This document shows, piece after piece, positions 48,735-58,375 of a stretch of DNA of 64,000 nucleotides. Source of the stretch: Hyphomicrobiales bacterium (GTDB lineage Bacteria; Pseudomonadota; Alphaproteobacteria; Rhizobiales; TMED25); contig JAQWOP010000014.1 in NCBI GenBank assembly GCA_029245795.1, positions 4,062 through 68,061 on the forward strand, written 5' to 3'. The notes beneath the pieces were generated by a model, which was not told where the DNA came from, searched no databases, and saw only the letters and a list, made by a program, of their open reading frames with translations. Position 1 is the first letter of the stretch. The number at the start of each line of letters is the position of its first letter. The position numbers and the translations under genes were made by a program.

Positions 48735-49589
48735 CTACAACCTGTCTGCAATTCTATCAAAAATTTTATCTGTTAATAATCTCTTCAAGTACATCATTAT
48801 TAAAGTAGCCCAAGTAATACGATATCTAGTTTTAGGATTATTTGATATACAAGCGTGAATAACAGACTTGCTTACAGCATCTGGCAATAACTCAAAAGTT
48901 GTTTTCTTAGGATTTTTTGCCTCTAACCTCGGAATTATTATATTAGAATATATTAATCTATTAGGCGAAAGATCCCATTTTATATCTTCTATAAAACGAA
49001 TGTAGCTATTTTCTCTAAATTTTGTTGTAATTGGACCAGGCTGAATAAGGATAATCTTTATATTACTATCTTTTAATTCTAAACGTAATGTATCAGAAAG
49101 GCCCTCAAGAGCATATTTTGTTGCCGTGTATGCGCCTCTATACTTAAGCGCCATGAAACCTAGAATGGAAGAATTCTGTATTATTCTTCCAGACCCCTGT
49201 TCTTTCATATAAGGAATCACTCCTTTTGTAAGAGAGTGCCAACCAAAAAAATTAGTTTCAAATATATTTCGTAAAGAATCCACAGGAATATCTTCAACCA
49301 AAGAAGGTAGACCGTAAGCCCCATTATTGAATAATATATCAATTCTTCCATTAGTTTTTTCGAGAGAATAATTAAGGCCTGATGTAATAGATTCTTCATT
49401 ATCATAATTGATAACAGTACTTAGAAAACCATACTTTTCTCTCATAATTTTACAATCACTCTCTTTCCTGCAAGACGCAATTACATTCCAACCAATTTCC
49501 TTCATATCCCTTGCTACATGTAGCCCTATACCACTCGAGCATCCAGTTATAAGTATATTTTTCTTATACTTTTTCTTATGTAAATCCAT
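48735..49589 (-). CDS. Short-chain dehydrogenase/reductase (SDR)
   Basis: ITGCSSGIGLHVA, NNGAYG and YTATKYALEG (YxxxK). Confidence 0.85.
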   Translation of the reverse strand: MDLHKKKYKKNILITGCSSGIGLHVARDMKEIGWNVIASCRKESDCKIMREKYGFLSTVINYDNEESITSGLNYSLEKTNGRIDILFNNGAYGLPSLVEDIPVDSLRNIFETNFFGWHSLTKGVIPYMKEQGSGRIIQNSSILGFMALKYRGAYTATKYALEGLSDTLRLELKDSNIKIILIQPGPITTKFRENSYIRFIEDIKWDLSPNRLIYSNIIIPRLEAKNPKKTTFELLPDAVSKSVIHACISNNPKTRYRITWATLIMMYLKRLLTDKIFDRIADRL

Positions 49590-49756
49590 CGCATTCTCTT
49601 TTTAAAATCTACGCTTTATATTCTTATACTAGCATAGTAATAGTTTAATTTGGAGCCCAGTAATTTATTTGCCTTATTCAGAATTAATTTATAATTAATA
49701 TTTTATCAACTATTTCTATATAACAATAATTATGCAAGTGATAATATTTTAATCAC

Positions 49757-49784
49757 TTGACTATTTTTTTAGCATAATTAGAAT
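49757..49784 (+). promoter_or_regulatory. Sigma-70-like promoter candidate TTGACT-N16-TAGAAT
   Basis: Read directly, about 70 nt upstream of the first small membrane protein gene. Such matches are not rare in AT-rich DNA. Confidence 0.35.
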
Positions 49785-49852
49785 TTTTATAGTGATTCTA
49801 TCTAAAAAAGCTAATTAGTTTAAAAGATAGAAAAATAAAGATGGGAGAAGTT

Positions 49853-50086
49853 ATGACAGCTTTATTAGACAAGTTAAAAGGGTATTTAAAAGATGCTCTT
49901 GAAATAGCACTTTGGCTAGTAGCACTTCTTACTCTATTGCAAGTCTTATTTGGGGATAGCTTTGTACAGTTATTCGCAATAGACATATTGAGTAACATAG
50001 GTGCATTAATGTCACAATTTGGTAGTGAAGGTCTTGTTGGGTTAATAGCCGCTGGACTGGTTGCATACCTAATTGTTCGTAAATAG
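49853..50086 (+). CDS. Small two-helix membrane protein, paralog A (77 aa)
   Basis: MTALLDKLKGYLKDALEIALWLVALLTLLQVLFGDSF...LMSQFGSEGLVGLIAAGLVAYLIVRK. GGGAGAAG RBS lies 2 nt before the ATG at 49853, so the track ATG at 49841 sits inside the RBS. About 40% identical by eye to the next ORF. Confidence 0.6.
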   Translation: MTALLDKLKGYLKDALEIALWLVALLTLLQVLFGDSFVQLFAIDILSNIGALMSQFGSEGLVGLIAAGLVAYLIVRK

Positions 50087-50125
50087 CTAATGTACTATTA
50101 ATAAAGGGATTTATAGTACATTAGC
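50086..50125 (+). other. Perfect 13-bp-stem hairpin (GCTAATGTACTAT - 14 nt loop - ATAGTACATTAGC) between the two paralogs
   Basis: Read directly. It starts at the last base of the paralog A stop codon and is followed by TTACTTGTT. Confidence 0.6.
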
Positions 50126-50186
50126 TTACTTGTTCATGTGCTGTAAATTTTGTTAAACTTTTTTATAAACAAATGGGAGAAATAAC

Positions 50187-50402
50187 ATGTTTTCATCATT
50201 AACTGGCATGCTTAAAAGTGGCATAGAAGTTGCGTTAGTCTTAGTTGGATTAGGAGTTGTTCTACAAATCTTATTCCCAGATGCTCTTGCATTTATTAAC
50301 GCTGACGTGGCAGGAAACCTAATTGATCTAATAAATCAATTCTCAGGCGCTGGTCTAATTGGTGTAATTGCAGCATTAATTGTTGTTAACCAATTAAAAT
50401 AG
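50187..50402 (+). CDS. Small two-helix membrane protein, paralog B (71 aa)
   Basis: MFSSLTGMLKSGIEVALVLVGLGVVLQILFPDAL...LINQFSGAGLIGVIAALIVVNQLK. It has the same AATGGGAGAA RBS context as paralog A. Confidence 0.6.
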   Translation: MFSSLTGMLKSGIEVALVLVGLGVVLQILFPDALAFINADVAGNLIDLINQFSGAGLIGVIAALIVVNQLK

Positions 50403-50417
50403 TCAATTTCATTAAAG

Positions 50418-50457
50418 AATAAGGGTCAATTTATTATATTTGGCCCTTATTTTTTTT
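50418..50457 (+). terminator. Rho-independent terminator (12-bp stem AATAAGGGTCAA / TTGGCCCTTATT with one G-U, then T7)
   Basis: Read directly. It lies 16 nt after the paralog B stop. The 3' half overlaps the last codons of the convergent ABC ATPase gene. Confidence 0.6.
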
Positions 50458-51396
50458 CTCTCTGACAAACTCAAGAAATATATCTTCTAAATCAGTCTCT
50501 TTAGAAATAATATCAATAATTGTTATTTTTTGACTCTCAAGTTCTTTTAATATATCAAAAAAATTTATTTTACTTGGTTGATAAGATATTACTATGTACC
50601 CATCTTGACTTAATTCAATACTGCTAACACCATTTATTATTAATTCTTTTTGCTTATCAAAATTAGTAACTTTAATCAATATCTGTTTCTTATCAAGGCT
50701 TTTTAAAAGATCTTGAGTCGGTGCATCTGCAACTAAAACACCCTTATTTATTATACCAATATGATCACACAAAGATTGGGCTTCCTCTAAATAATGAGTC
50801 GTAAGTAATATTGTGGTCCCCATATTATTTAGTTCCCTAATCAGATCCCATAATTCATATCGTAGTTCAATATCAACTCCTGCTGTTGGTTCATCTAAGA
50901 CAAGGACAAGGGGTTTATGAGTCATTGCTTTAGCAATTAAAAGTCTTCTTCTCATCCCACCTGATAAAGTTCTTGAATAAGCGTATGCTTGGTTTTCCAA
51001 TCTTAAAGTCCTAAGCAGACCCATAGAATCTCTTTCTTTCTTAGGTACGCCATATAACCCAGCCTGTGTTTCAAGAACCTCAATAGGTTTGAAAAAAGGA
51101 TCTAAATTAAGTTCCTGGGGAACAATACCTATTGCAGAACGAGCATCTCTTTTTTGTTTTTCTATATCATAACCTAATATTTTTGCTGTTCCTGAAGTCT
51201 TTAGCACCAAATTAGCTAAGATATTAATAAAAGTTGATTTTCCTGCTCCATTTGGCCCAAGCAGTCCATATATTTGACCAGACCTTATATTAATAGTAAA
51301 ATCTTTAAGAGCGTGTTTTGAAGACTGTCCTTTATTTCCTTTATATACCTTATTTAAGAGATTTGTTTGTATAGCATATTCAGAGATAGGGGGCAT
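50434..51396 (-). CDS. ABC transporter ATP-binding protein (ABC-2 / drug-exporter-type ATPase)
   Basis: Walker A GPNGAGKST, signature LSGGMRRR, Walker B LVLDEPTAGVD, H-loop TTHY, and a C-terminal accessory domain. No adjacent permease gene. Confidence 0.9.
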   Translation of the reverse strand: MPPISEYAIQTNLLNKVYKGNKGQSSKHALKDFTINIRSGQIYGLLGPNGAGKSTFINILANLVLKTSGTAKILGYDIEKQKRDARSAIGIVPQELNLDPFFKPIEVLETQAGLYGVPKKERDSMGLLRTLRLENQAYAYSRTLSGGMRRRLLIAKAMTHKPLVLVLDEPTAGVDIELRYELWDLIRELNNMGTTILLTTHYLEEAQSLCDHIGIINKGVLVADAPTQDLLKSLDKKQILIKVTNFDKQKELIINGVSSIELSQDGYIVISYQPSKINFFDILKELESQKITIIDIISKETDLEDIFLEFVREKKNKGQI

Positions 51397-51489
51397 GATT
51401 AAATTGTATTTTTATTTTCTTTTTTTAATACTCGTAGTAGTCTTTATATTACATAATTCATTTAATACTTATAAATAAATCTGAAAAAA

Positions 51490-54270
51490 ATGTCAAAGAT
51501 CAACTCTAATTCTACATTATTTCTAATTGATGGTTCTACATTTATCTTTAGAGCGTATTTTGCTATGCTTAGCGCTTCACAAAAAAGAGGAAATAATTTT
51601 ACTAAAGCAGATGGAACTCCAACAGGAGCTGTAATGGCTTTTTGTAATATGATGTGGAAAATAATTAACAAAGGCATAGATAACATTCATCCGAGTCATA
51701 TGGCTGTAATTTTTGATACAAAAGAAAAAACATTCCGAAATGATATTTATCCATTATATAAAGCTAATAGAGACGCTCCCCCAGAAGATTTAATACCACA
51801 ATTCCCAATAATACATAGAGCTGTTGAAGCCTTTAATATCAAGTCGTTGTCTGTGATCGGTTACGAGGCAGATGACCTAATCGCAACTTATTCAAAAATT
51901 GCAACTATGAATGGTGCAAAAACTTTTATTATTTCAGGTGATAAAGATCTGATGCAATTAATTAATGATAATGTTAAAATGTACGATCCAATGCCTGGTA
52001 GAGAGAGATTTATTGATAAAGAAGGAGTGCATGAAAAATTTGGGGTCTATCCAGAAAAAGTTGTAGATGTCCAAGCCCTTGCTGGAGATTCAACTGATAA
52101 TATACCTGGTGTTCCAGGAATAGGTATTAAAATTGCCGCAGAACTCATTAATGAATATGGGTCCTTAGAGAACCTATTAACTAACGCTGAAAATATAAAA
52201 CAAAATAAACGTAGAGAAAATCTAATAAATTTTTCAGATAAAGCGAGACTATCCTATAAGCTTGCATTATTAGATACCTCGTCACCAATTGTTGCAAATA
52301 TTGATGATTTGGAGAATATCCCTATGAATTATGATAAAATAATCTCATTTTCGAAAGAAATGGAACTTACTAACCTCATTAATAGGATTGATGACTCGTT
52401 TTCTAAGAGAAGTGATATTAATCCTACCCCTAAAGTACCTTCAATAGATCATTCCTCAGAAAAAGCCTTACCTGATTCATCTATATACAAAACAGAAAAG
52501 GTAAAAAAGGATATAGAAGCCATTCATTCCATCGAATCAATAGAGCAAATAAAAGAACTAATTAGAGAAGTTAACGCCTGCGAATCTGTCTGTTTTGATA
52601 TAGAAATTGATGATGATAAGGTAAATAAGATACTTCTGACCCAGAATGGGATTGATATACATTCAATTGAAATAAAACATGATAATGACTCTAAGGTTTC
52701 TCATCAAAAAATATTAGAAGAGCTGAGAAAAATATTGGAAGACCCAACAATAAACAAGATATTTTATGATTATAAAGATTATTTACCTCTTTTTTATAAA
52801 CAAAAAATCCATGTCCAATCATTTGATGATTTATCTCTAATGTCTTATGTTATTAATAATGGGAAAATAAAACATGATCTTAATTCCCTCTTTATAGCCT
52901 ACCAAGATAGGCTAAACATTACCTTACCTACTAACAATAATTTAGCTGGAGAAAAAGAGAATAATATTGAAGATATTGAAAGAGTAGGAATTATTTATAA
53001 ATTATGGAATATATTAAAATCAGAGCTATCAAATAAAGGTTCAATACAAATATATGAAATTATTGAAAAACCTCTCATCTCAACGCTATTTGAAATGGAA
53101 AGAAATGGAATAAAGATAGATGTTACTATTTTAAAAGAACTCTCTCAAAAATTTAATAGTAGGATTGAGAAGCTTGAGAAAGAAATCCAATCAATTTCTG
53201 GGCTTGAATTTAATATAGCAAGCCCAAAACAATTAGGAGAAGTTCTATTCGATATTTTAAAATTAGCTGGAGCAAAGAAAACTAAAAGCGGATCCTGGGC
53301 GACTGGTATTGAAATTTTAGAAGATTTATCCTTAATGGGACATGAAATTGCAGATAAAATTATTGAGTGGCGACAATTAAGCAAACTTAAAAGTACTTAC
53401 ACAGATAGTTTGCCTAATTTCATAAATCAAATAACAGGAAGAATCCATACAAGATTTTCTCAAGCATTAACTTCAACAGGAAGGCTCTCTTCCTCAAACC
53501 CAAACTTACAAAATATACCTATTAGGACTAATGAAGGTAAGCTGATAAGATCAGCTTTTATCCCAGACAAAGATAATTCTTTTCTATCTGCCGATTATAG
53601 TCAAATAGAGTTAAGAGTTTTATCTCATGTTGCAAAGATTGATCAATTACAAAATGCATTCCAAGACAATCTGGACATTCACAAAATTACAGCTTCTACA
53701 ATATTTAATGTTCCTACCAATGAGGTAACTGAGACTCATAGATATAGAGCTAAGGCGATAAATTTTGGTATCATATATGGAATATCCGCCTATGGATTAT
53801 CAAAACAACTAAGAATAACCCGAAAAGACGCCCAACAATTCATAGTTGATTATTTTGATAGATTTCCGGGTATTAAAGAGTATATGAATAAAACAATTGA
53901 GTCCGCAAAGATAAATAAATATGTCACAACAGTTTTCGGCAGAAGATGCTTTTTCCCTGAAATAAATTCTAAAAATCATCCCGTTAGATCTTTTAATGAA
54001 AGAGCTGCAATAAATGCCCCTATTCAAGGTTCAGCAGCTGATATAATTAAGAGAGCCATGATAAAAATTTTCCAAAAAATGAATGATGAAAATCTAAAAT
54101 CTAAAATGATTTTACAAATTCATGACGAACTAATATTTGAGGTTCCTCATGATGAGATACAAAAGATGGAAAAAATAATTATTGAAAATATGGAAAACGC
54201 TACAGTGCCATTAATTAATTTTTCAGTCCCTTTAAAGGTTGATATCAAATTATCAAAAAGTTGGGGCTAA
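51490..54270 (+). CDS. polA: DNA polymerase I
   Basis: 5'-nuclease domain (LIDGSTFIFRAYFA, GYEADDLIAT), a 3'-5' exo-like region (FDIEID), and pol motifs A (DYSQIELRVL), B (RAKAINFGIIYG) and C (QIHDELIFE). Confidence 0.95.
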   Translation: MSKINSNSTLFLIDGSTFIFRAYFAMLSASQKRGNNFTKADGTPTGAVMAFCNMMWKIINKGIDNIHPSHMAVIFDTKEKTFRNDIYPLYKANRDAPPEDLIPQFPIIHRAVEAFNIKSLSVIGYEADDLIATYSKIATMNGAKTFIISGDKDLMQLINDNVKMYDPMPGRERFIDKEGVHEKFGVYPEKVVDVQALAGDSTDNIPGVPGIGIKIAAELINEYGSLENLLTNAENIKQNKRRENLINFSDKARLSYKLALLDTSSPIVANIDDLENIPMNYDKIISFSKEMELTNLINRIDDSFSKRSDINPTPKVPSIDHSSEKALPDSSIYKTEKVKKDIEAIHSIESIEQIKELIREVNACESVCFDIEIDDDKVNKILLTQNGIDIHSIEIKHDNDSKVSHQKILEELRKILEDPTINKIFYDYKDYLPLFYKQKIHVQSFDDLSLMSYVINNGKIKHDLNSLFIAYQDRLNITLPTNNNLAGEKENNIEDIERVGIIYKLWNILKSELSNKGSIQIYEIIEKPLISTLFEMERNGIKIDVTILKELSQKFNSRIEKLEKEIQSISGLEFNIASPKQLGEVLFDILKLAGAKKTKSGSWATGIEILEDLSLMGHEIADKIIEWRQLSKLKSTYTDSLPNFINQITGRIHTRFSQALTSTGRLSSSNPNLQNIPIRTNEGKLIRSAFIPDKDNSFLSADYSQIELRVLSHVAKIDQLQNAFQDNLDIHKITASTIFNVPTNEVTETHRYRAKAINFGIIYGISAYGLSKQLRITRKDAQQFIVDYFDRFPGIKEYMNKTIESAKINKYVTTVFGRRCFFPEINSKNHPVRSFNERAAINAPIQGSAADIIKRAMIKIFQKMNDENLKSKMILQIHDELIFEVPHDEIQKMEKIIIENMENATVPLINFSVPLKVDIKLSKSWG

Positions 54271-54279
54271 ATGACAGTA

Positions 54280-55857
54280 TCAAAAAGATGGACCTGATAT
54301 AGTAATATTATTATCTACTTCACTTTCAAAGTTTTTAAAGTTTTCAATAAACATACTTACTAACTTTTTTGCTTGCTCATCAAAGTCATCTTTATTAGAC
54401 CATGTATCTTTTGGATTAAGATAACTACTATCTCCATTAATAGCTATCGGAACCATAAATTTAAAAAATTTATCTTCCCTCATATCTACTCCCTCTAGAT
54501 TGCCTGATAGCGCTGCCTTTAGAAGGCTTCTAGTTAACTGTATCGGCATTCGTTGTCCTATTCCTGCAGGACCTCCACTCCATCCTGTATTTATCAACCA
54601 TGTTTGAACATTGTACTTCTCCATATTCTCTTTTAGAAGTTTCCCGTAAACAATTGGGTGGCGAGGTAAAAAAGGAGCAGCAAAGCAGGTTGAGAATGTC
54701 GCAGATGGATCAATAACTCCTCTTTCAGTTCCAGCAACCTTTGCTGTATAGCCAGATAAAAAATGATAAACTGCTTGATCAGAATCCAGCCTTGCAATCG
54801 GAGGCATAACCCCAAAGGCATCACAGGTCAACATAATGATAGTTTTTGGAATATCTGCCATTCCATCTTTTGATACATTATCTCCAACAAATGACATTGG
54901 AAAAGCAGCACGCGTATTTTCAGTGAGACTACCGTCATTAAAATTTAGTTCCCTAGTTTCTTCGTCGACAACTACATTCTCTAATACAGTTGTAAATCTT
55001 CTAACAGCATTATAGATTTGTGGCTCCGCTTCTTTTGATAGATTGATTGCCTTTGCATATGAACCATCTTCAAAATTAAAAACACCTTCACTATTCCACC
55101 CATGTTCGTCATCGCCTATTAAGAGCCTATCTGGGTCAGCTGAGAGCGTTGTCTTACCAGTGCCTGAAAGACCAAAAAAGATAGCCGTATTCTTTCCTTC
55201 ATAATCACTATTCGCTGAACAATGCATTGGGAATATTCCTTTTGGTGGTAATGTATAATTAAAATATGTAAATACTGATTTTTTTATTTCACCAGCATAG
55301 TATGTTCCAGCAATAAGTATTTTATTATTTGTAAAATCACATGCAATAGTAGTTTCTGTTCTTACTCCATATTTCTTAGGAGATGTAGTAAAAGAAGGTA
55401 GATCAATAATTAATAGATCTTCTTTGAAATTTTCTTGTTCTGATCTAGTGGGGAGAATTAATAAATGTTGTATAAAAAGAGCTTGCCAAGCAAATTCTGT
55501 GATAATTCGAACTTTAATTTTTTCTTTAGGATCTGCTCCAGCATACAAATCCTGAATAAATAAAATCTTACCTTTCATATGACTCATCATATCATTTTCC
55601 AGTAAGTTAAATTTATCTCTATCTATCTTAGCATTGCTTTCCCACCAAACATTATCTAGTGTGGCCTCGTCTGCTATAATATGTTTATCTTTCGGGGATC
55701 TACCGGTATGCTTACCGGTATCTACAGAAAATGAACCATCAATTGTGAGAATGCCCTCATTATATAATGAAGCGAGTTGCATTAATTCTGCAGCAGTATT
55801 ATTTGTATGAATTTTACTTGCTTGTTTTAGGTAGCTCCTATCTTGTCCTTGTGTCAT
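54280..55857 (-). CDS. pckA: Phosphoenolpyruvate carboxykinase (ATP)
   Basis: GRSPKDK, the kinase-1a motif FFGLSGTGKTTLS, IGDDEHGW and GWSGG. 525 aa. Confidence 0.95.
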   Translation of the reverse strand: MTQGQDRSYLKQASKIHTNNTAAELMQLASLYNEGILTIDGSFSVDTGKHTGRSPKDKHIIADEATLDNVWWESNAKIDRDKFNLLENDMMSHMKGKILFIQDLYAGADPKEKIKVRIITEFAWQALFIQHLLILPTRSEQENFKEDLLIIDLPSFTTSPKKYGVRTETTIACDFTNNKILIAGTYYAGEIKKSVFTYFNYTLPPKGIFPMHCSANSDYEGKNTAIFFGLSGTGKTTLSADPDRLLIGDDEHGWNSEGVFNFEDGSYAKAINLSKEAEPQIYNAVRRFTTVLENVVVDEETRELNFNDGSLTENTRAAFPMSFVGDNVSKDGMADIPKTIIMLTCDAFGVMPPIARLDSDQAVYHFLSGYTAKVAGTERGVIDPSATFSTCFAAPFLPRHPIVYGKLLKENMEKYNVQTWLINTGWSGGPAGIGQRMPIQLTRSLLKAALSGNLEGVDMREDKFFKFMVPIAINGDSSYLNPKDTWSNKDDFDEQAKKLVSMFIENFKNFESEVDNNITISGPSF

Positions 55858-55957
55858 AAATTCTCCGACCGAAATAGTCTTTTTAGATTATTGATAATTA
55901 CATAATCTGAGTTACTATAATAGTTTATTAATTGTAGTCAATAAAGTTGGAAGAAAA

Positions 55958-56641
55958 ATGCATAAAATTGTTCTAATAGACGATGATATAAATATTATTA
56001 CCTCTCTTGAAATGGTTCTAAGATCTGCAGGATTTAGTACCAATTCCTACACAGATGGATTGGTGGCAATTGAAAAAATAAAACAGAATCAACCAGATAT
56101 TATAATTCTTGATATTAAAATGCCTAGAATAGATGGCTTGGAAGTATGTAATAGAATTAGGAAATTTAGTGATATTCCAATAATTTTCTTAACTTCAAAA
56201 GATAGTGAAATAGATGAACTTATCGGCCTAAGGCTTGGAGCAGATGATTATATAAGAAAGCCATTTTCTCATAATCTTTTGATTGAAAGAATAAAATCTA
56301 TTCTTCGACGTTTTCATAAAGAATCCGTATCAATAAAATCAAAAGATGTGGTAAATTTAAGTCATTTGACTATGAATAATGAAACCATGTTATGTAGCTG
56401 GAAAGAAGATAATATTGATTTAACTGCAACAGAATTCTTAATCTTAAAATTCTTAATCTCTAGACCTGGCGTTATTAGAAGTAGAGATGATCTTATAAAT
56501 GAAGCCTTTAGGGAAAGCCTAAAAAAAGAGGACAGAGTAATTGATAGCCATATTAAAAGAATAAGAAAGAAGTTCTTATCTGTAGATCGTAATTTTGATA
56601 TGATTAAAACAATATATGGGATTGGCTATAAAATACAATGA
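55958..56641 (+). CDS. chvI: OmpR-family response regulator, ChvI-like
   Basis: DIKMPRIDG, FLTSKDSEIDELIGLRLGADDYIRKPFS and LLIERIKSILRR closely resemble rhizobial ChvI as I recall it. It is divergent from pckA, as in other alphaproteobacteria. Confidence 0.85.
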   Translation: MHKIVLIDDDINIITSLEMVLRSAGFSTNSYTDGLVAIEKIKQNQPDIIILDIKMPRIDGLEVCNRIRKFSDIPIIFLTSKDSEIDELIGLRLGADDYIRKPFSHNLLIERIKSILRRFHKESVSIKSKDVVNLSHLTMNNETMLCSWKEDNIDLTATEFLILKFLISRPGVIRSRDDLINEAFRESLKKEDRVIDSHIKRIRKKFLSVDRNFDMIKTIYGIGYKIQ

Positions 56642-56669
56642 AAACAGCGCTATTTATTTCTATCTAAAC

Positions 56670-58304
56670 ATGAAAATTTTTAACATATTTCAAAAAATAC
56701 CTATTAGTTTATCTAAACGAATAATTATACTTAATTTAATAGCATTAATCATGCTTGTGATTGGGATTCTATATCTCAATCAATTTAGACAAGGTTTAAT
56801 TGATGCAAAAATTGAATCACTGGAAACTCAAAGCCAAATTATTTCTAATACTATATCTACAAGTGCTACCTCTAGCAAAAGTACAAACTTATTTCTCTTT
56901 GATCCAAATATTGATAATGGACTTGGATTTGATCAGAGAATAATTCAGTACAGGAACTATACAATAAATAAGAAACTTCTTGAAAATATAATTAGTAAAT
57001 TAATTATTCCAGAAAAGATACGAGCTCAGATTTATGATTCTAACAATATACTAATGCATGACTCCAATGAGTTCTTTTTTAATAAAAATATTCAGATAAG
57101 TGATTTACAATTAATGCAAAAAGAAAGCTTTTTTACCTCTACTTATACTAAAACTCTTAATAAACTAGGCTTTAATAATATAAATAATACACTGTATTCC
57201 AATAACTTTAGTTTATTATCTGATGCACTAAATGGGAATAATAATATTGTTGTTTCTAAAAATAAAAAAAACCAAGCAGTTGTTAATGTTGCAGTCCCAA
57301 TAAAAAAATTCAAAGCTATAATTGGTTATCTGGTTCTCTCTACACAAGATAATGCAATTGATACGATAGTAAATCAGGAAAGAGAATCGATTTTAAAAGT
57401 ATTTCTCGTGGCGGCTCTCATTACCATTTTACTTTCTCTGATTTTGTCCTATACAATTGGAAAACCAGTTAGAGAACTTGCAGATGCAGCTGATGATGTA
57501 AGAAATAACTTAAATACAAGAACGCAAATACCAGATTTTTCTGGAAGAAAAGATGAGATAGGGAACCTATCCAGATCATTAAATAATATGACTGCCAGTC
57601 TTTATAATAGAATCGATATAATAGAAAGATTTTCTGCTGATGTAGCCCACGAATTAAGAAATCCCTTAACCTCCTTAAGGAGTGCAATAGAGGCATTCCC
57701 AGTTATAAAGAAAAGTTCTGAAAGAATAAAATTAACTGAAATTATAAAAGAAGATATAGATAGAATTGATAGATTAATTTCCGATATATCCGAAACATCT
57801 AAACTTGATACTGCATTAACTATTGAAAAGAGAGAGCTAGTTGATTTATTTGAAATTTTATCAGAGCTTATTGATCTCCAAAATATTAGAGAAGAATCCT
57901 ATAAAATATCATTGAACATAGATACTCTTGGAGTTAAATTTTATTCTCGAGTTAACAAAGATAGAATTAATCAAGTTTTCATAAACTTATTCGATAATTC
58001 AAGGTCATTCTCTAAAAAAGGCGATCCAATCAATGTTGTAATAGGCTGCGATATTGATTGGATTACCATTGAAGTATCCGACGAATGTGGTGGAATAAAT
58101 GGAACTAAAATTGATAGAATATTTGATAGATTTTACACAGATCGACCAGGTACAAATGAAAGAAAGAACCATTCAGGTCTTGGACTTTCTATAGTTAAAC
58201 AAATAATAGAATCACATGAAGGTGAAATTTCTGTATCAAATAACTTTCAATCTAATAAAAAGGGGGCAACATTTAAAATAAAATTGCCTAAATATAAATC
58301 ATAA
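56670..58304 (+). CDS. chvG: Sensor histidine kinase, ChvG/ExoS-like
   Basis: Two TM segments flank a periplasmic region, followed by HAMP, the H-box FSADVAHELRNPLTS, the N-box NLFDNSRSF, and G-boxes DECGGI and GLGLSIVKQI. I prefer the ATG at 56670 (MKIFNIF) over the track start, which overlaps chvI. Confidence 0.8.
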   Translation: MKIFNIFQKIPISLSKRIIILNLIALIMLVIGILYLNQFRQGLIDAKIESLETQSQIISNTISTSATSSKSTNLFLFDPNIDNGLGFDQRIIQYRNYTINKKLLENIISKLIIPEKIRAQIYDSNNILMHDSNEFFFNKNIQISDLQLMQKESFFTSTYTKTLNKLGFNNINNTLYSNNFSLLSDALNGNNNIVVSKNKKNQAVVNVAVPIKKFKAIIGYLVLSTQDNAIDTIVNQERESILKVFLVAALITILLSLILSYTIGKPVRELADAADDVRNNLNTRTQIPDFSGRKDEIGNLSRSLNNMTASLYNRIDIIERFSADVAHELRNPLTSLRSAIEAFPVIKKSSERIKLTEIIKEDIDRIDRLISDISETSKLDTALTIEKRELVDLFEILSELIDLQNIREESYKISLNIDTLGVKFYSRVNKDRINQVFINLFDNSRSFSKKGDPINVVIGCDIDWITIEVSDECGGINGTKIDRIFDRFYTDRPGTNERKNHSGLGLSIVKQIIESHEGEISVSNNFQSNKKGATFKIKLPKYKS

Positions 58305-58375
58305 AGTTTTGTAACGATTAGAAATTTAGTATAAGTATAAAGTATAAAAATAATTTGATTAAAGATGGTTTAAAT

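Noticed and set aside
49841-49852. Track start ATG at 49841 for small protein A
   Set aside because: That ATG lies inside the GGGAGAAG Shine-Dalgarno sequence, which is duplicated in front of paralog B. The ATG at 49853 gives equivalent spacing in both genes.
58305-58375. SAH or SAM riboswitch upstream of ahcY
   Set aside because: The spacer is only about 70 nt, almost pure A/T, and I could not draw any pseudoknot or stem structure.
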